Part shown: positions 1 through 8,937 of the stretch, piece after piece
Numbering within the stretch: the stretch's first letter is position 1
Layout: every line of letters begins with the position of its first letter
Sequence record: OM339718.1
Direction: 5' to 3' (one strand)
Length of the DNA stretch: 64,000 bases
Program-made: the position numbers and the translations under genes
The notes under the pieces: model-generated
Database searches by the model: none
The model's input: the letters and a program-made list of their open reading frames with translations, nothing else
Told to the model about the DNA's origin: nothing

Positions 1-331
1 TGTTCAACGGGTTCACGCAAAACAAAAAGTTGTTGGTGGTTGTATTGCAACAATTCATTCTTACGACTTCCAAAGCTTTTCCATTGTCTTTGATTCAGAT
101 AGCGGAAAACGAAGCATGTTTATGTGTACCGTTTCTCAGAAAGAGGAAATCGATGGATTTGTTTATGAGGGTGATAAGGTTTACATCTCTATTGGTCATA
201 ACCAAGAAGGTATCAAGATCATGAAGATGGTCGCAGAAAATCTTGTTCAAGAATTCAATGATCTTCCGGTATTCTTCCGTGAATCAGACTCGATTTATCA
301 CGAAAACAACGAATGGGTACAAGTAAAATGA
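1..331 (+). CDS. Hypothetical protein, 5'-truncated by the window edge
   Basis: The frame of ORF 116..331 has no stop from position 2 to 115, so the gene probably starts before the window. Confidence 0.7.
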   Translation, partial: VQRVHAKQKVVGGCIATIHSYDFQSFSIVFDSDSGKRSMFMCTVSQKEEIDGFVYEGDKVYISIGHNQEGIKIMKMVAENLVQEFNDLPVFFRESDSIYHENNEWVQVK

Positions 332-708
332 AAAACTTTGACAAATGGCCTAATGCTAAAGTAGTAATGGAACATATGGATAACCTTATGTGGTTGATTG
401 GTTATCGTCCAAACAACGGGAAAGGTTGGACAGGATACTACAACACTCGCGGTGGTCAACAGAAGGCGATGAATAACCTATCTTGGCAAGAAGCTCGCTC
501 ATTGTGCACTAACGTGTTTGACACAGTGTCTATGCCCTTGGGGAGAGTCGTAAATGGTGTTAAAATCTCAGCAGATTCTATGATGGACATCGACGTATAT
601 ATTCGAAATCACGTTAAAGAAGTTGATGTGATTCGCCAACTGGTGTACCATAAGAAAGAACGTAAAATCTCTCTTGTTGGTTACAACGAGTTCAAAATCG
701 AGGGTTAA
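328..708 (+). CDS. Hypothetical early protein
   Basis: ORF overlapping the previous stop; MKNFDKW start chosen. Confidence 0.7.
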   Translation: MKNFDKWPNAKVVMEHMDNLMWLIGYRPNNGKGWTGYYNTRGGQQKAMNNLSWQEARSLCTNVFDTVSMPLGRVVNGVKISADSMMDIDVYIRNHVKEVDVIRQLVYHKKERKISLVGYNEFKIEG

Positions 709-1265
709 TGATGAAGATTGGTTACTGTCACTACAGCACGTTCATGAGTCAATGGACTGTTTGGATCGGTGAAAGTGGTGAATTCAAAGACGCAGTTAGG
801 TACAATCCGGATGATTGTGTTGTCGATCACAAAGCCGGGATAATCGAGATAAACAGCGATGGTGTTATCTCTCGTTGGGAATTTGAACCTAACTCTCCTA
901 TTGGAGATACCGTTTATAAAGCATTTGTTCGTGAAGAAAAAGAATATATTGTAGGTCGCGAATATACCAAGGTATGGATTACCTCAGAAATGAGTATCAC
1001 TATCCCAACCGAATTTCTGAAACGAACTAAATTCCGTTCTCAGGAATGGTTCATCAAGGAATACAAACGGTATATCGGTAGCAAATACCCCAGTGACATC
1101 AAGACAATTACCAGTAGTGTCATTGATATGATGATTCGCCATCACATGTATCGTCATCGGGGTTTGGAGGAACATCAAACCATCCCAGCAGTATACAAAA
1201 CGGTTGATATCCTCAAAGAAGCATTGGGTTCCATCAATTTCACTATGGAAGATGTATTTGTATGA
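708..1265 (+). CDS. Hypothetical protein
   Basis: 185-aa ORF, TAATG overlap with upstream gene. Confidence 0.75.
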   Translation: MMKIGYCHYSTFMSQWTVWIGESGEFKDAVRYNPDDCVVDHKAGIIEINSDGVISRWEFEPNSPIGDTVYKAFVREEKEYIVGREYTKVWITSEMSITIPTEFLKRTKFRSQEWFIKEYKRYIGSKYPSDIKTITSSVIDMMIRHHMYRHRGLEEHQTIPAVYKTVDILKEALGSINFTMEDVFV

Positions 1266-1468
1266 AACAATATTCGTGGAATCAAGGGGTTACATTCATC
1301 CCACTGGAATTTGACGATCAAGCATATCTGATTGATAATTTCCAGCTAATGATCGATATGTTGACAGAACATCTGGAAAAGAATCCGGACCCTGTTCATC
1401 GTCACTGGTTAGATTGCTTAGAAGCACGATATAAAAATATTTGCAAACAATCGCAATTAGAGCGTTGA
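1262..1468 (+). CDS. Hypothetical protein
   Basis: 68-aa ORF closely coupled to the upstream stop. Confidence 0.65.
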   Translation: MKQYSWNQGVTFIPLEFDDQAYLIDNFQLMIDMLTEHLEKNPDPVHRHWLDCLEARYKNICKQSQLER

Positions 1469-1492
1469 CATCCAGTCGTATTCTGATAATAT
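1465..1492 (+). promoter_or_regulatory. Sigma70-type early promoter
   Basis: TTGACA-N16-TAATAT upstream of ORF 1541. Confidence 0.55.
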
Positions 1493-1540
1493 AGGTCTTG
1501 TCGAAACGGGGAGTGGTTCCCCGTCTAATGAGGAATTACT

Positions 1541-1858
1541 ATGACTCACATCACTATGCAAAGCCTTCGTGAATCCATTATGGACATTCAATCCACTCTG
1601 GTAATGGTTAATGCCAAAGTGGTTACGGGAACGAGTTCCAACTTTACTTTCGTACAGACTGCTACCGACATACAAGAATTGATGAAAAATTTGGGTCCAT
1701 ATGTATCTCGTGACTACGTAGAGAAGGCGGCTGTTGAGTTTGTAAACTGCCACAATGAGTGTGCGGCCCACGACGGAGAAATTACCGAAGTGTTTAGCAT
1801 TTACATGGATCTGGTTGTTGCCAATCTTCGGGCTGCTTACATCAACCTCGGAAAATAA
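1541..1858 (+). CDS. Hypothetical protein
   Basis: 105-aa ORF with GAGGA RBS. Confidence 0.8.
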   Translation: MTHITMQSLRESIMDIQSTLVMVNAKVVTGTSSNFTFVQTATDIQELMKNLGPYVSRDYVEKAAVEFVNCHNECAAHDGEITEVFSIYMDLVVANLRAAYINLGK

Positions 1859-1870
1859 TTTAAAAAGTTG

Positions 1871-1899
1871 TTGATCGGTATTCCGGCCTATGAGATACT
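1871..1899 (+). promoter_or_regulatory. Early promoter (TTGATC-N17-GATACT)
   Basis: Same hexamers, spacing and TATGA pre -10 block as the copy at 2465-2493. Confidence 0.6.
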
Positions 1900-1935
1900 A
1901 ACTGTGTCGGGAAATGGTTCCCAAAGGAGATTAAG

Positions 1936-2163
1936 ATGGATAACGTATTGCTTGCTCTGCATGATGTTAAAGGTTTCAAGCATATTGATCTGACTCAATT
2001 TGAGGACAAGATCGTTGTTGTTCTTGAATCTGGTGTCGAAATGGTGTATGAAAGCTATTACGATGAAGATTTTGAGGGTGATGTACATTGCTACTATGAC
2101 AAAGTGACTGGTGGTGGTGTTGAATCCTTTGACTTTCAAGATGTTCTGGATTACGAGGTCTGA
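1936..2163 (+). CDS. Hypothetical acidic protein
   Basis: 75-aa ORF with AAGGAG RBS. Confidence 0.75.
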   Translation: MDNVLLALHDVKGFKHIDLTQFEDKIVVVLESGVEMVYESYYDEDFEGDVHCYYDKVTGGGVESFDFQDVLDYEV

Positions 2164-2164
2164 T

Positions 2165-2476
2165 ATGAAAAAGAAAATCATTGATGATATCAATAGTGCA
2201 ATCGATATTTTCGAAAACGAATCTCGGTTCAAAGGTACTAATGATTGTATTGGTGTGACGATTTTCTCTTTGAATGGCGGCCCTTATTTCGAACACCATA
2301 CATTTGCTTTTCAGGCTTTAGTACGGGCAAGTGAAGTTTTCAATAAGTACCAGATCGCAACAGAAAACGAATTTTTTAATGTTCAAGATGTGGATGTACG
2401 ACAAGCGTACTTTGATGTAATCGTTTCTGAACTAAAATTGGCTAAAACTTTTGTAGAAAAGTACTTGATCGAATAA
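2165..2476 (+). CDS. Hypothetical protein
   Basis: MKKKIIDD start directly after the upstream stop. Confidence 0.7.
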   Translation: MKKKIIDDINSAIDIFENESRFKGTNDCIGVTIFSLNGGPYFEHHTFAFQALVRASEVFNKYQIATENEFFNVQDVDVRQAYFDVIVSELKLAKTFVEKYLIE

Positions 2477-2493
2477 TCACGTTATGAGATACT
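2465..2493 (+). promoter_or_regulatory. Early promoter (TTGATC-N17-GATACT)
   Basis: Second copy of the motif at 1871. Confidence 0.6.
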
Positions 2494-2525
2494 ATCCCTG
2501 TTGAGACGAGACACCAATTAGGAGA

Positions 2526-2909
2526 ATGACTATGATGAATCAAATCGAAGTAATGGTTGCTGAAATGATGGCCTTCTCAGAAGAAGTATACTTCAACAAG
2601 GTTATCCCTGATATGAAAGAACGTTTCGATGAGGAACATGTTGAGTCTTTCGTTAGTCAAAACCTGAATCGCAATTCTTACTCCATCATGAAAGGTCGTA
2701 AGTTTGCCCGAATCGTCCGTCACGACTTTGGACGTGAGGATACTACCGGTTCCGTTGTCTGGTTTGTTAACATGGAAAACGGTAATATCCACAAGGCAAA
2801 CGGTTGGGCTTCTGCATCCAAATATGTTCGTGGTAACGTGAGCAACTGGAAAGACGCTATGCATGTTGGTTCTCGCTCCGGTATCTACGGTTTCATCGCG
2901 ATTCGCTAA
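2526..2909 (+). CDS. Conserved phage hypothetical protein
   Basis: K(F/Y)ARIV...SV(V)WFV...GNIHKANGW...VRGNV pattern resembles a common myovirus early protein; AGGAG RBS. Confidence 0.75.
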   Translation: MTMMNQIEVMVAEMMAFSEEVYFNKVIPDMKERFDEEHVESFVSQNLNRNSYSIMKGRKFARIVRHDFGREDTTGSVVWFVNMENGNIHKANGWASASKYVRGNVSNWKDAMHVGSRSGIYGFIAIR

Positions 2910-2920
2910 GAGGAAAAATT

Positions 2921-3178
2921 ATGATTATTAGTCTGAATATGCATGAGTTTTATGAACTTTACCCGTGTTATCAAGAGTGGGTTTGTAATGAATCCCCTTC
3001 CCAATATTCTATCAATGCGGTTTATAATCGTATGATGCATAAGAAATCTCTAAACGTTATGGAAGCTAAGGAAGTTATGGCGTTTATTGCTTGGGTTGAA
3101 AACAACTCTTGCAAAGAAGATCTAGAAATCCTCAAATCAACTATCCAATATATGAAAGGTGTATTAAATGCTGCTTGA
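2921..3178 (+). CDS. Hypothetical protein
   Basis: 85-aa ORF with GAGG RBS. Confidence 0.75.
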   Translation: MIISLNMHEFYELYPCYQEWVCNESPSQYSINAVYNRMMHKKSLNVMEAKEVMAFIAWVENNSCKEDLEILKSTIQYMKGVLNAA

Positions 3179-3647
3179 ACAAATTAAGAAAGACCAAATT
3201 AAAGCCCGTAAATCAGAAGACCGTTCTACCCATCACGGGAAAGTTCGTATCAACGCTCTAACAACCCTAATTGGTGAAGCAAGTCCTTCCGGTAATCAGG
3301 TAGTAACTGACGAACAAGTCCAATCGGTTATTCGCAAATTCGTTAAAAACATTGACGAAGCAGTTACCGAGATCCGCAAAAGGGTTGTATCCGTATCAAA
3401 CGATATGACTAATCAAGAAGTGATGGATATTCTTAAAACTGATATCAAATTCACGGACTTGATGATCGAACGTGAACTGCTGAGTTCCTATCTTCCGAAG
3501 GTGTTTGGTGAAGAACATATCAAAGAGGTACTTAGTCAGCTCGTTGGTGGTTCTAACATCGGTCAAGTCATGGGCGCTTGTAAGAAAGCAGCTTCTGCCA
3601 AAGGTCTTTTGTTTGATGGTGCCCTTGTCAAAAAGGTACTGGGCTAG
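3168..3647 (+). CDS. YqeY/GatB C-terminal-like domain protein
   Basis: LLEQIKKDQIKARK, TDEQVQSVIRKFVK, ERELLSSYLP, IGQVMG and DGALVKK motifs typical of the YqeY family. Confidence 0.8.
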   Translation: MLLEQIKKDQIKARKSEDRSTHHGKVRINALTTLIGEASPSGNQVVTDEQVQSVIRKFVKNIDEAVTEIRKRVVSVSNDMTNQEVMDILKTDIKFTDLMIERELLSSYLPKVFGEEHIKEVLSQLVGGSNIGQVMGACKKAASAKGLLFDGALVKKVLG

Positions 3648-3657
3648 TATCATATGA

Positions 3658-3760
3658 AATCAAATTATAGATTTCCTATAAGTATTTATATAGAAGATCT
3701 ATAATTAGAACGAGTGAAACGAGTACGGCGTAGCCGGTTCGCTAAAGCTCACCAATCTTT
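3658..3760. repeat. Bipartite intergenic element, copy 1 (AT-rich palindrome plus GC-rich module)
   Basis: 3658-3710 matches 34475-34527 at 48/53 nt; the ACGGCGTAGCCG at 3725-3736 occurs inverted at 34549-34560. Confidence 0.85.
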
Positions 3761-3846
3761 CTAGAATCAATTCCTCGTTATCTCATACAATGTTTATTGT
3801 ATTCTCCATAGGAATTGATTCTAGACACCATACACGAGGTTTAATC

Positions 3847-4095
3847 ATGGTTTCTATAGAGAGTTTCGTAAACATTAAGAAAAGTGAAGGCTATAAGGAA
3901 GTAATACCGTTTGTGTCTGGTTATACAAGCCTTCAATTAAAGGTTAAAGACTGGGTATATTCCTTTCATGTGAATCACGATACCAAAGACGTCGAATATC
4001 GTGTTGTTACCCCATATGAAACCAAAGGGTTCATCATTTATAATTTGGATCATGTACTGGTTCGAGACGGAAAATTTTTTCGGGTGGGTGAATGA
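3847..4095 (+). CDS. Hypothetical protein
   Basis: MVSIESF start after GAGGT RBS. Confidence 0.7.
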   Translation: MVSIESFVNIKKSEGYKEVIPFVSGYTSLQLKVKDWVYSFHVNHDTKDVEYRVVTPYETKGFIIYNLDHVLVRDGKFFRVGE

Positions 4096-4283
4096 GATAT
4101 CAACCATACGATGAGGATGAAGGCCCTAGGCTGATGGATACTCACGACCGTTATGGCAATAAAAGAGATATACCAGAAGAAATGTATCACCCGGAATCAA
4201 TGATGACCACTCCCACCGGTTGGTTTATTAAAATATTGGGTCTTGGTATTGTCTTGTTTTTAATTTTTAATATGGTGAAATAA
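4092..4283 (+). CDS. Small membrane protein
   Basis: C-terminal hydrophobic helix ILGLGIVLFLIF. Confidence 0.65.
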   Translation: MRYQPYDEDEGPRLMDTHDRYGNKRDIPEEMYHPESMMTTPTGWFIKILGLGIVLFLIFNMVK

Positions 4284-4687
4284 TGAAAAAGAATTTAACT
4301 ACAAAGGAGCTTGTCAAGTCTGGTGCGGTTGTTGTTGGTAACTTTAATGGTATCAACCTTAACGAAACTGGTGATGTAACAAAAGAGGGGTTTTACTTCA
4401 TATCTGCCCCTGCTAGTTCTGTTGTTTATATGACCCATGTTGGAAATCAACAGCGAAAACGTGGTTTTGGTGAAACCATGATCCGACTTCGAAAACCACG
4501 TACTGGTCAGGCTAAAGATGTTCACGATTACCTGATGACAGGTAAAACCGTAAAACTCTATTTCCTTAAATATAGCCAAGCCCGTCACCTTCTTGGGATC
4601 GAAGAATACGGACAGATGAATAATGGTCATGAGTTGACTGGCAAGATCCGAAACAAATTTATCATCCATGGTCGAATGGTAAGTTAG
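4283..4687 (+). CDS. ndd: Nucleoid disruption protein Ndd
   Basis: Matches T4 Ndd blocks (GAVVVG/GATVIG, EGFYFI/PGFYFL, VGNQ..K.GF) and lies near gene 52 as in T4. Confidence 0.8.
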   Translation: MKKNLTTKELVKSGAVVVGNFNGINLNETGDVTKEGFYFISAPASSVVYMTHVGNQQRKRGFGETMIRLRKPRTGQAKDVHDYLMTGKTVKLYFLKYSQARHLLGIEEYGQMNNGHELTGKIRNKFIIHGRMVS

Positions 4688-4690
4688 AAC

Positions 4691-4714
4691 AAAGCCCGTC
4701 TTTTGATGGGCTTT
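4691..4714 (+). terminator. Hairpin/terminator after ndd
   Basis: AAAGCCCGTC-TTTT-GATGGGCTTT. Confidence 0.65.
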
Positions 4715-4741
4715 ACAGTTTATATTCATATGTGGTATGAT
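4712..4741 (+). promoter_or_regulatory. T4-like early promoter for gene 52
   Basis: TTTACA-N18-TATGAT with TGTGG extended -10. Confidence 0.6.
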
Positions 4742-4770
4742 ACATAAAATAAATTAAAATAAGGAATGAT

Positions 4771-6111
4771 ATGAAATTCGTAGATCGTACTATTTCAAGT
4801 TATATTCATAATGAAGCAAAAGAATATACATTTTATACCATCGTAAACCGTGCATTACCTTCTATGGTAGATGGGTTCAAACCATCCCAGCGTTTTGTTT
4901 TGTACTCAACAATCAAAAACGCAAGTAAGGACTTCAAGAAGTCTGCATTCCTTTGTGGTGTTATCTCTGACTATGGATATCCCCATGGTGAAGCAAGTGG
5001 GTATGATGTTCTAGCTGGTATGGCAACACAATACGCAAACAACTTCCCTGTGATCACCGGGCGGGGTAACTTTGGTTCACGACAAAACCCAGCAGCAGCG
5101 GAACCACGTTACATCTTTGGTAAACTGGATGATAATTTTGACCTTTTGTTCAAAGATTTGGATTTGGTTTTACCTAGCGAAATCGATTCTTATTCTATTC
5201 CAAAATTTTATCTCCCTGTCATTCCGTTTGTGTTGATCAATGGGATTCGTGGTGTTGCAACTGGTTATGCAACTCATATCCTACCACATGATATTCACAG
5301 TGTTATTGACGAATGTATTTCTTATGTGAAGACTGGGAAGTGCAACGAACCCCAAATCAAGTTTCCGTCTTTTATTGGGAAGGTTAACACCACCGGAGAA
5401 CAATGGACAAACGAAGGAGTTTACGAACTTCAAGGTAAAACCAAACTTCTGATCACAGAGATCCCAGTTAGTTTCAATCGAATCAAATATGTGGCGATTT
5501 TAAATAATCTTATTGAAAAAGACCAGATTGTTAGTTATGATGAGATTGAAGGTGAAGGTGATTTTACATTCAGGGTCACTTTGAAACGTGATTTTGATAC
5601 TTCTCATGAAAATATCATGAAACAATTCTCTCTGTCTGAGAATATCTATCAGAATATCAACGTGATTGGTCCAAACTCCAACATGGTTACAGGGGATATG
5701 GATCTGCGAAAATACGAAAATACTAGTCAACTCATTTGCGAATTTGTCGATTATCGTATGACCGTCGTTGAACGTCGTATTGAAAACATGATCAAAAATC
5801 TAACCGATTTGATCCCAGAACTTAAAGCGAAAGCAGAATTTATTCGGCTAGCCAGAGATGGGAAAATCAGTTATAATCAACCTAAGAAGTCTATGATCCA
5901 GCAAGTTAAAACTCTTCTGGAACCAGAACTTGCGGTTTATTCTGATAAGGTGGTTGGCCTCCCAATCTTTAACATGACAGAAGACGAAGTAGAAAAACTG
6001 GTTAAAGAATATGAGCAAGCAGAAAAAGACCTTGCTTATTGGAAAACAACAAACTCCAAAAAAGAATATCTGAAAGATTTGACTACTTTGAAAAATAAAT
6101 TGAAGGTTTGA
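4771..6111 (+). CDS. 52: DNA topoisomerase II medium subunit (gp52; GyrA/ParC-like)
   Basis: RALPSMVDGFKPSQR, YPHGE, AAEPRYIF (catalytic Tyr) and PFVLINGIRGVATGYAT motifs. Confidence 0.97.
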   Translation: MKFVDRTISSYIHNEAKEYTFYTIVNRALPSMVDGFKPSQRFVLYSTIKNASKDFKKSAFLCGVISDYGYPHGEASGYDVLAGMATQYANNFPVITGRGNFGSRQNPAAAEPRYIFGKLDDNFDLLFKDLDLVLPSEIDSYSIPKFYLPVIPFVLINGIRGVATGYATHILPHDIHSVIDECISYVKTGKCNEPQIKFPSFIGKVNTTGEQWTNEGVYELQGKTKLLITEIPVSFNRIKYVAILNNLIEKDQIVSYDEIEGEGDFTFRVTLKRDFDTSHENIMKQFSLSENIYQNINVIGPNSNMVTGDMDLRKYENTSQLICEFVDYRMTVVERRIENMIKNLTDLIPELKAKAEFIRLARDGKISYNQPKKSMIQQVKTLLEPELAVYSDKVVGLPIFNMTEDEVEKLVKEYEQAEKDLAYWKTTNSKKEYLKDLTTLKNKLKV

Positions 6112-6114
6112 TAT

Positions 6115-6543
6115 ATGACCATAGAGATAAATATTATAAAACAAGCAAAAGAAGAAACAAATGCAATGTTACCAATGATTATCCCATCTTGTATGGGAGC
6201 ATTGATAGCAAGTGTGCTTGTTGGTTGTGGGTATATACCCGATATTCCTACATATGTGTTTTTGTGTGCACTTTGTTATGCCCTCGTTGATCTTGGAATA
6301 ATGGTAGTAAACTGGATTAAACGACCAGATTATGGTAAAGAGTTTAAACATCCTCTATCTATGTGTATGCTTTATTCCTTCTGTGATAATAATGTTGGGG
6401 AATATCTCCATATTTATAAAAATACATCAAACTTTAATCTACGAATTACTCTTGCTGGAATCGTAATATTCGTTGGTGTTTTTGTATTTTATTCGGTAAT
6501 AGTTGGTGTCCCTGTAATGGTATCATCTTGGTTGTTCCTCTAA
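6115..6543 (+). CDS. Multi-pass membrane protein
   Basis: Several hydrophobic segments. Confidence 0.75.
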   Translation: MTIEINIIKQAKEETNAMLPMIIPSCMGALIASVLVGCGYIPDIPTYVFLCALCYALVDLGIMVVNWIKRPDYGKEFKHPLSMCMLYSFCDNNVGEYLHIYKNTSNFNLRITLAGIVIFVGVFVFYSVIVGVPVMVSSWLFL

Positions 6544-6570
6544 ATATAGTTTTGTAAAAAGGAAAATGAA

Positions 6571-7020
6571 ATGTCTATTGAAACTCGTGTAACAAAAGTA
6601 AAACAACGTATTCATGAAGAAACCCAACGGGTTAAATCGAATGCAATTGTTACTTGGGGCCTGTTCTTCATGGCAGCAGCCCTTGCATCAATCCCTGCAT
6701 CCACTATGTATGGCCCTATTATCATAGGTGCTATCGTGATGGTGATGTTCCAGTATCTGACCATGATCTCTTATGCTAAAGAACGGGTAGGTTATCTTGG
6801 TAAAGCGTATGCTAACCCAATGGCACTGATCTACATCGAGAGTGGTATTGATGGGGTTAAAGACCTCGAAGAGTCAATTCGGAAGTGGGAAGCAATGACC
6901 GACGATGAGCGAGAAGCCGCCAACAAACGAATCAATGTGATCACGGTTGTGGCTCTTTTGGCTCTCATTGCTGCCGTTTCTGGCTTCTTCTGTGGTCTTT
7001 TCTGGCTTCTTCCAGTATAA
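6571..7020 (+). CDS. Multi-pass membrane protein
   Basis: About three hydrophobic helices; AAGGA RBS. Confidence 0.8.
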   Translation: MSIETRVTKVKQRIHEETQRVKSNAIVTWGLFFMAAALASIPASTMYGPIIIGAIVMVMFQYLTMISYAKERVGYLGKAYANPMALIYIESGIDGVKDLEESIRKWEAMTDDEREAANKRINVITVVALLALIAAVSGFFCGLFWLLPV

Positions 7021-7063
7021 ACCACTTGCAAACATGTATTGGTTATGAGACTATAACCACATC

Positions 7064-7085
7064 AAGGGGGGTTCGCCCCCTCTTT
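7064..7085 (+). terminator. Intrinsic terminator with UUCG loop
   Basis: GGGGG(G)-TTCG-CCCCC followed by TCTTT. Confidence 0.65.
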
Positions 7086-7104
7086 CATAACATAAGGAAT
7101 AGAA

Positions 7105-7215
7105 ATGAATCCAGTAGCTAAACATAATTTCAACCGTCCTTCTGTTATGAAGGATAAGAAAGAGAATTCCAAGAAAATTCGTGGTAAAAAGCATAAGAAA
7201 TCGGAAGGTTGGTGA
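7105..7215 (+). CDS. Small basic protein (36 aa, absent from the ORF track)
   Basis: MNPVAKHNFNRPSVMKDKKENSKKIRGKKHKKSEGW with AAGGA RBS; NPVAKH...RGxxKHK resembles a common phage peptide. Confidence 0.7.
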   Translation: MNPVAKHNFNRPSVMKDKKENSKKIRGKKHKKSEGW

Positions 7216-7217
7216 TT

Positions 7218-7457
7218 ATGATTGATATGACATTATTTGGTGGTGGGGTAGTGTCTGGTCTTACAAAAGATGGAAAACCTACCCATATCAACCTTAAAGA
7301 CCATTCAATGGAAACGGTCAAACTGTCTATCCAAAAAGATGTGTTTGGGTATGAAGTAAGTATTATTATTTTTCCATGTGGTAGTACTGCAAGATTTATT
7401 GGTGATGTTCGAAATCGAACTGATGTGATCCTAAGAGATAAAGATTATAAAATATGA
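7218..7457 (+). CDS. Hypothetical protein
   Basis: ORF coupled to asiA. Confidence 0.7.
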   Translation: MIDMTLFGGGVVSGLTKDGKPTHINLKDHSMETVKLSIQKDVFGYEVSIIIFPCGSTARFIGDVRNRTDVILRDKDYKI

Positions 7458-7726
7458 AAATTACAAAAGTTGAATTGATGAAAGATATTGTAGCTACCGC
7501 ATCTATCTTGGCAAAGTATGGCTGTGATGATATTCTAGATACTCAATCTGGGTTTGTAGATTTTCTAAATGAACTGGGGTTTACTACCGTGCGAGGTAAA
7601 CCATTAACGATTTTTAATTTCAGAGTTATGGTTAGTAGTCTAACCCCATATCAGAAAAAAGAGATTATAAAAGAATTTGATGCTGGTAGAATTGACCATT
7701 TGATTAACTGTATGGTTGACGAATAA
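7454..7726 (+). CDS. asiA: Anti-sigma70 protein AsiA
   Basis: IVATASILAKYGCDDIL...FVDFLNELG aligns with T4 AsiA IITVASILIKFSREDIV...FIAFLNEIG; same 90-aa length. Confidence 0.9.
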   Translation: MKITKVELMKDIVATASILAKYGCDDILDTQSGFVDFLNELGFTTVRGKPLTIFNFRVMVSSLTPYQKKEIIKEFDAGRIDHLINCMVDE

Positions 7727-7753
7727 AAAAGGGATCCCGTGAGGATCCCTTTT
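7727..7753. terminator. Bidirectional intrinsic terminator
   Basis: AAAAGGGATCC-CGTGA-GGATCCCTTTT. Confidence 0.85.
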
Positions 7754-7812
7754 GTTTTATGTAAACTGATAATATATATCATCAGTTGCTCATTTATATT
7801 TAGGGTACTAAA

Positions 7813-8184
7813 ATGTATACACCACCTTTTAAGAGTTTTAACATTCCTGTTATAATTGATAATTTGGTTCTCGACCTCCCAGTAAACGAACACAAATATG
7901 ACAAATTTGCTGTAACTGTAAACAATGATGGTCTGGTTGAACTTTGGCCCGAATCTTGCGTTTGTGTTGGTATTGTTTACAGTAAACAGTGTGGTTTCTA
8001 TGTATGTGATGATTACAAAGGGTTTTGTTACGACAGTGAGATCCCAGTGGGTCGTGTTGACCATGAAGATCCCAGTTCACTGGGATATCTAAATTGCATT
8101 TGGTTGTTTGAACGTCCAGATGATGGGGTAATAAATTTTATTTCTAAAAACATATTGACACCAGACGAAGAAAGTGTAGAATAA
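7813..8184 (+). CDS. Hypothetical protein
   Basis: 123-aa ORF. Confidence 0.75.
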   Translation: MYTPPFKSFNIPVIIDNLVLDLPVNEHKYDKFAVTVNNDGLVELWPESCVCVGIVYSKQCGFYVCDDYKGFCYDSEIPVGRVDHEDPSSLGYLNCIWLFERPDDGVINFISKNILTPDEESVE

Positions 8185-8211
8185 GGGTTGTAACGTTGAT
8201 GGAGAGAAGAT

Positions 8212-8550
8212 ATGACAACCATTCACTGCAAACCAGATTATGTTGAGTTCTATCATGGTTCCTGTACTCTTGGTTTGAAAGGTAATATGTTGCTTCCTCC
8301 TGAGATGACTGATACAATTTCAGAGAAAGGTCGTAAGAAAAACTTAGACCGTGTGTTCTTCACTAAAGACCGTGGACTGGCAAAAGTATACGCACGGCGG
8401 GCGGCTCGTTCGATTGGTGGAGAACCAACTTTATTTCGTGTTGTGGCTCCAGTTGATACTGTGTTTATGAGTGAAACCCCCGGTGCTACCGTTTATCATG
8501 CCGCTTGGGCTTTTGTTGAACAAATCCCGTTCGGTAAACTTAGTGATTAA
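8212..8550 (+). CDS. Arr-like/Tpt1-like NAD-dependent ADP-ribosyltransferase domain protein
   Basis: FYHGS, VFFTKD and LAKVYA motifs of the ART fold, as in rifampin ADP-ribosyltransferase Arr. Confidence 0.65.
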   Translation: MTTIHCKPDYVEFYHGSCTLGLKGNMLLPPEMTDTISEKGRKKNLDRVFFTKDRGLAKVYARRAARSIGGEPTLFRVVAPVDTVFMSETPGATVYHAAWAFVEQIPFGKLSD

Positions 8551-8559
8551 GAGGAAATT

Positions 8560-8937
8560 ATGATGAAATTTGGACTTGATGAAGCTAACCTTGTTGTGAA
8601 CCACCTGTTTCTTGACCAATCAGATGAAATTTTGGAAAAGATCCGGGACACTCGAAAGGGTGATATCAAGGATGAACCTTTCAAACTGACTGTCTTGATC
8701 AACGGCATCGAGATCGAACATGTCGAATCTTACGAAAACTTCATGAAATACCAGTATGAGGTTATGGAAAATCGGGTTAAAAAACAATACAACGTAGAAG
8801 CATTTGATCAACGGGTGCGAGAAGCGGCAGAACAACTTATCAAATCTAAATTTGGCGATTTGATGAACAAAATGTATGATTTCGAAAATTCTGTTGATTT
8901 TTGTAATGATGTAATTGAAAAAGAATGGGGTATGTAA
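8560..8937 (+). CDS. Hypothetical protein
   Basis: 125-aa ORF with GAGG RBS. Confidence 0.8.
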   Translation: MMKFGLDEANLVVNHLFLDQSDEILEKIRDTRKGDIKDEPFKLTVLINGIEIEHVESYENFMKYQYEVMENRVKKQYNVEAFDQRVREAAEQLIKSKFGDLMNKMYDFENSVDFCNDVIEKEWGM

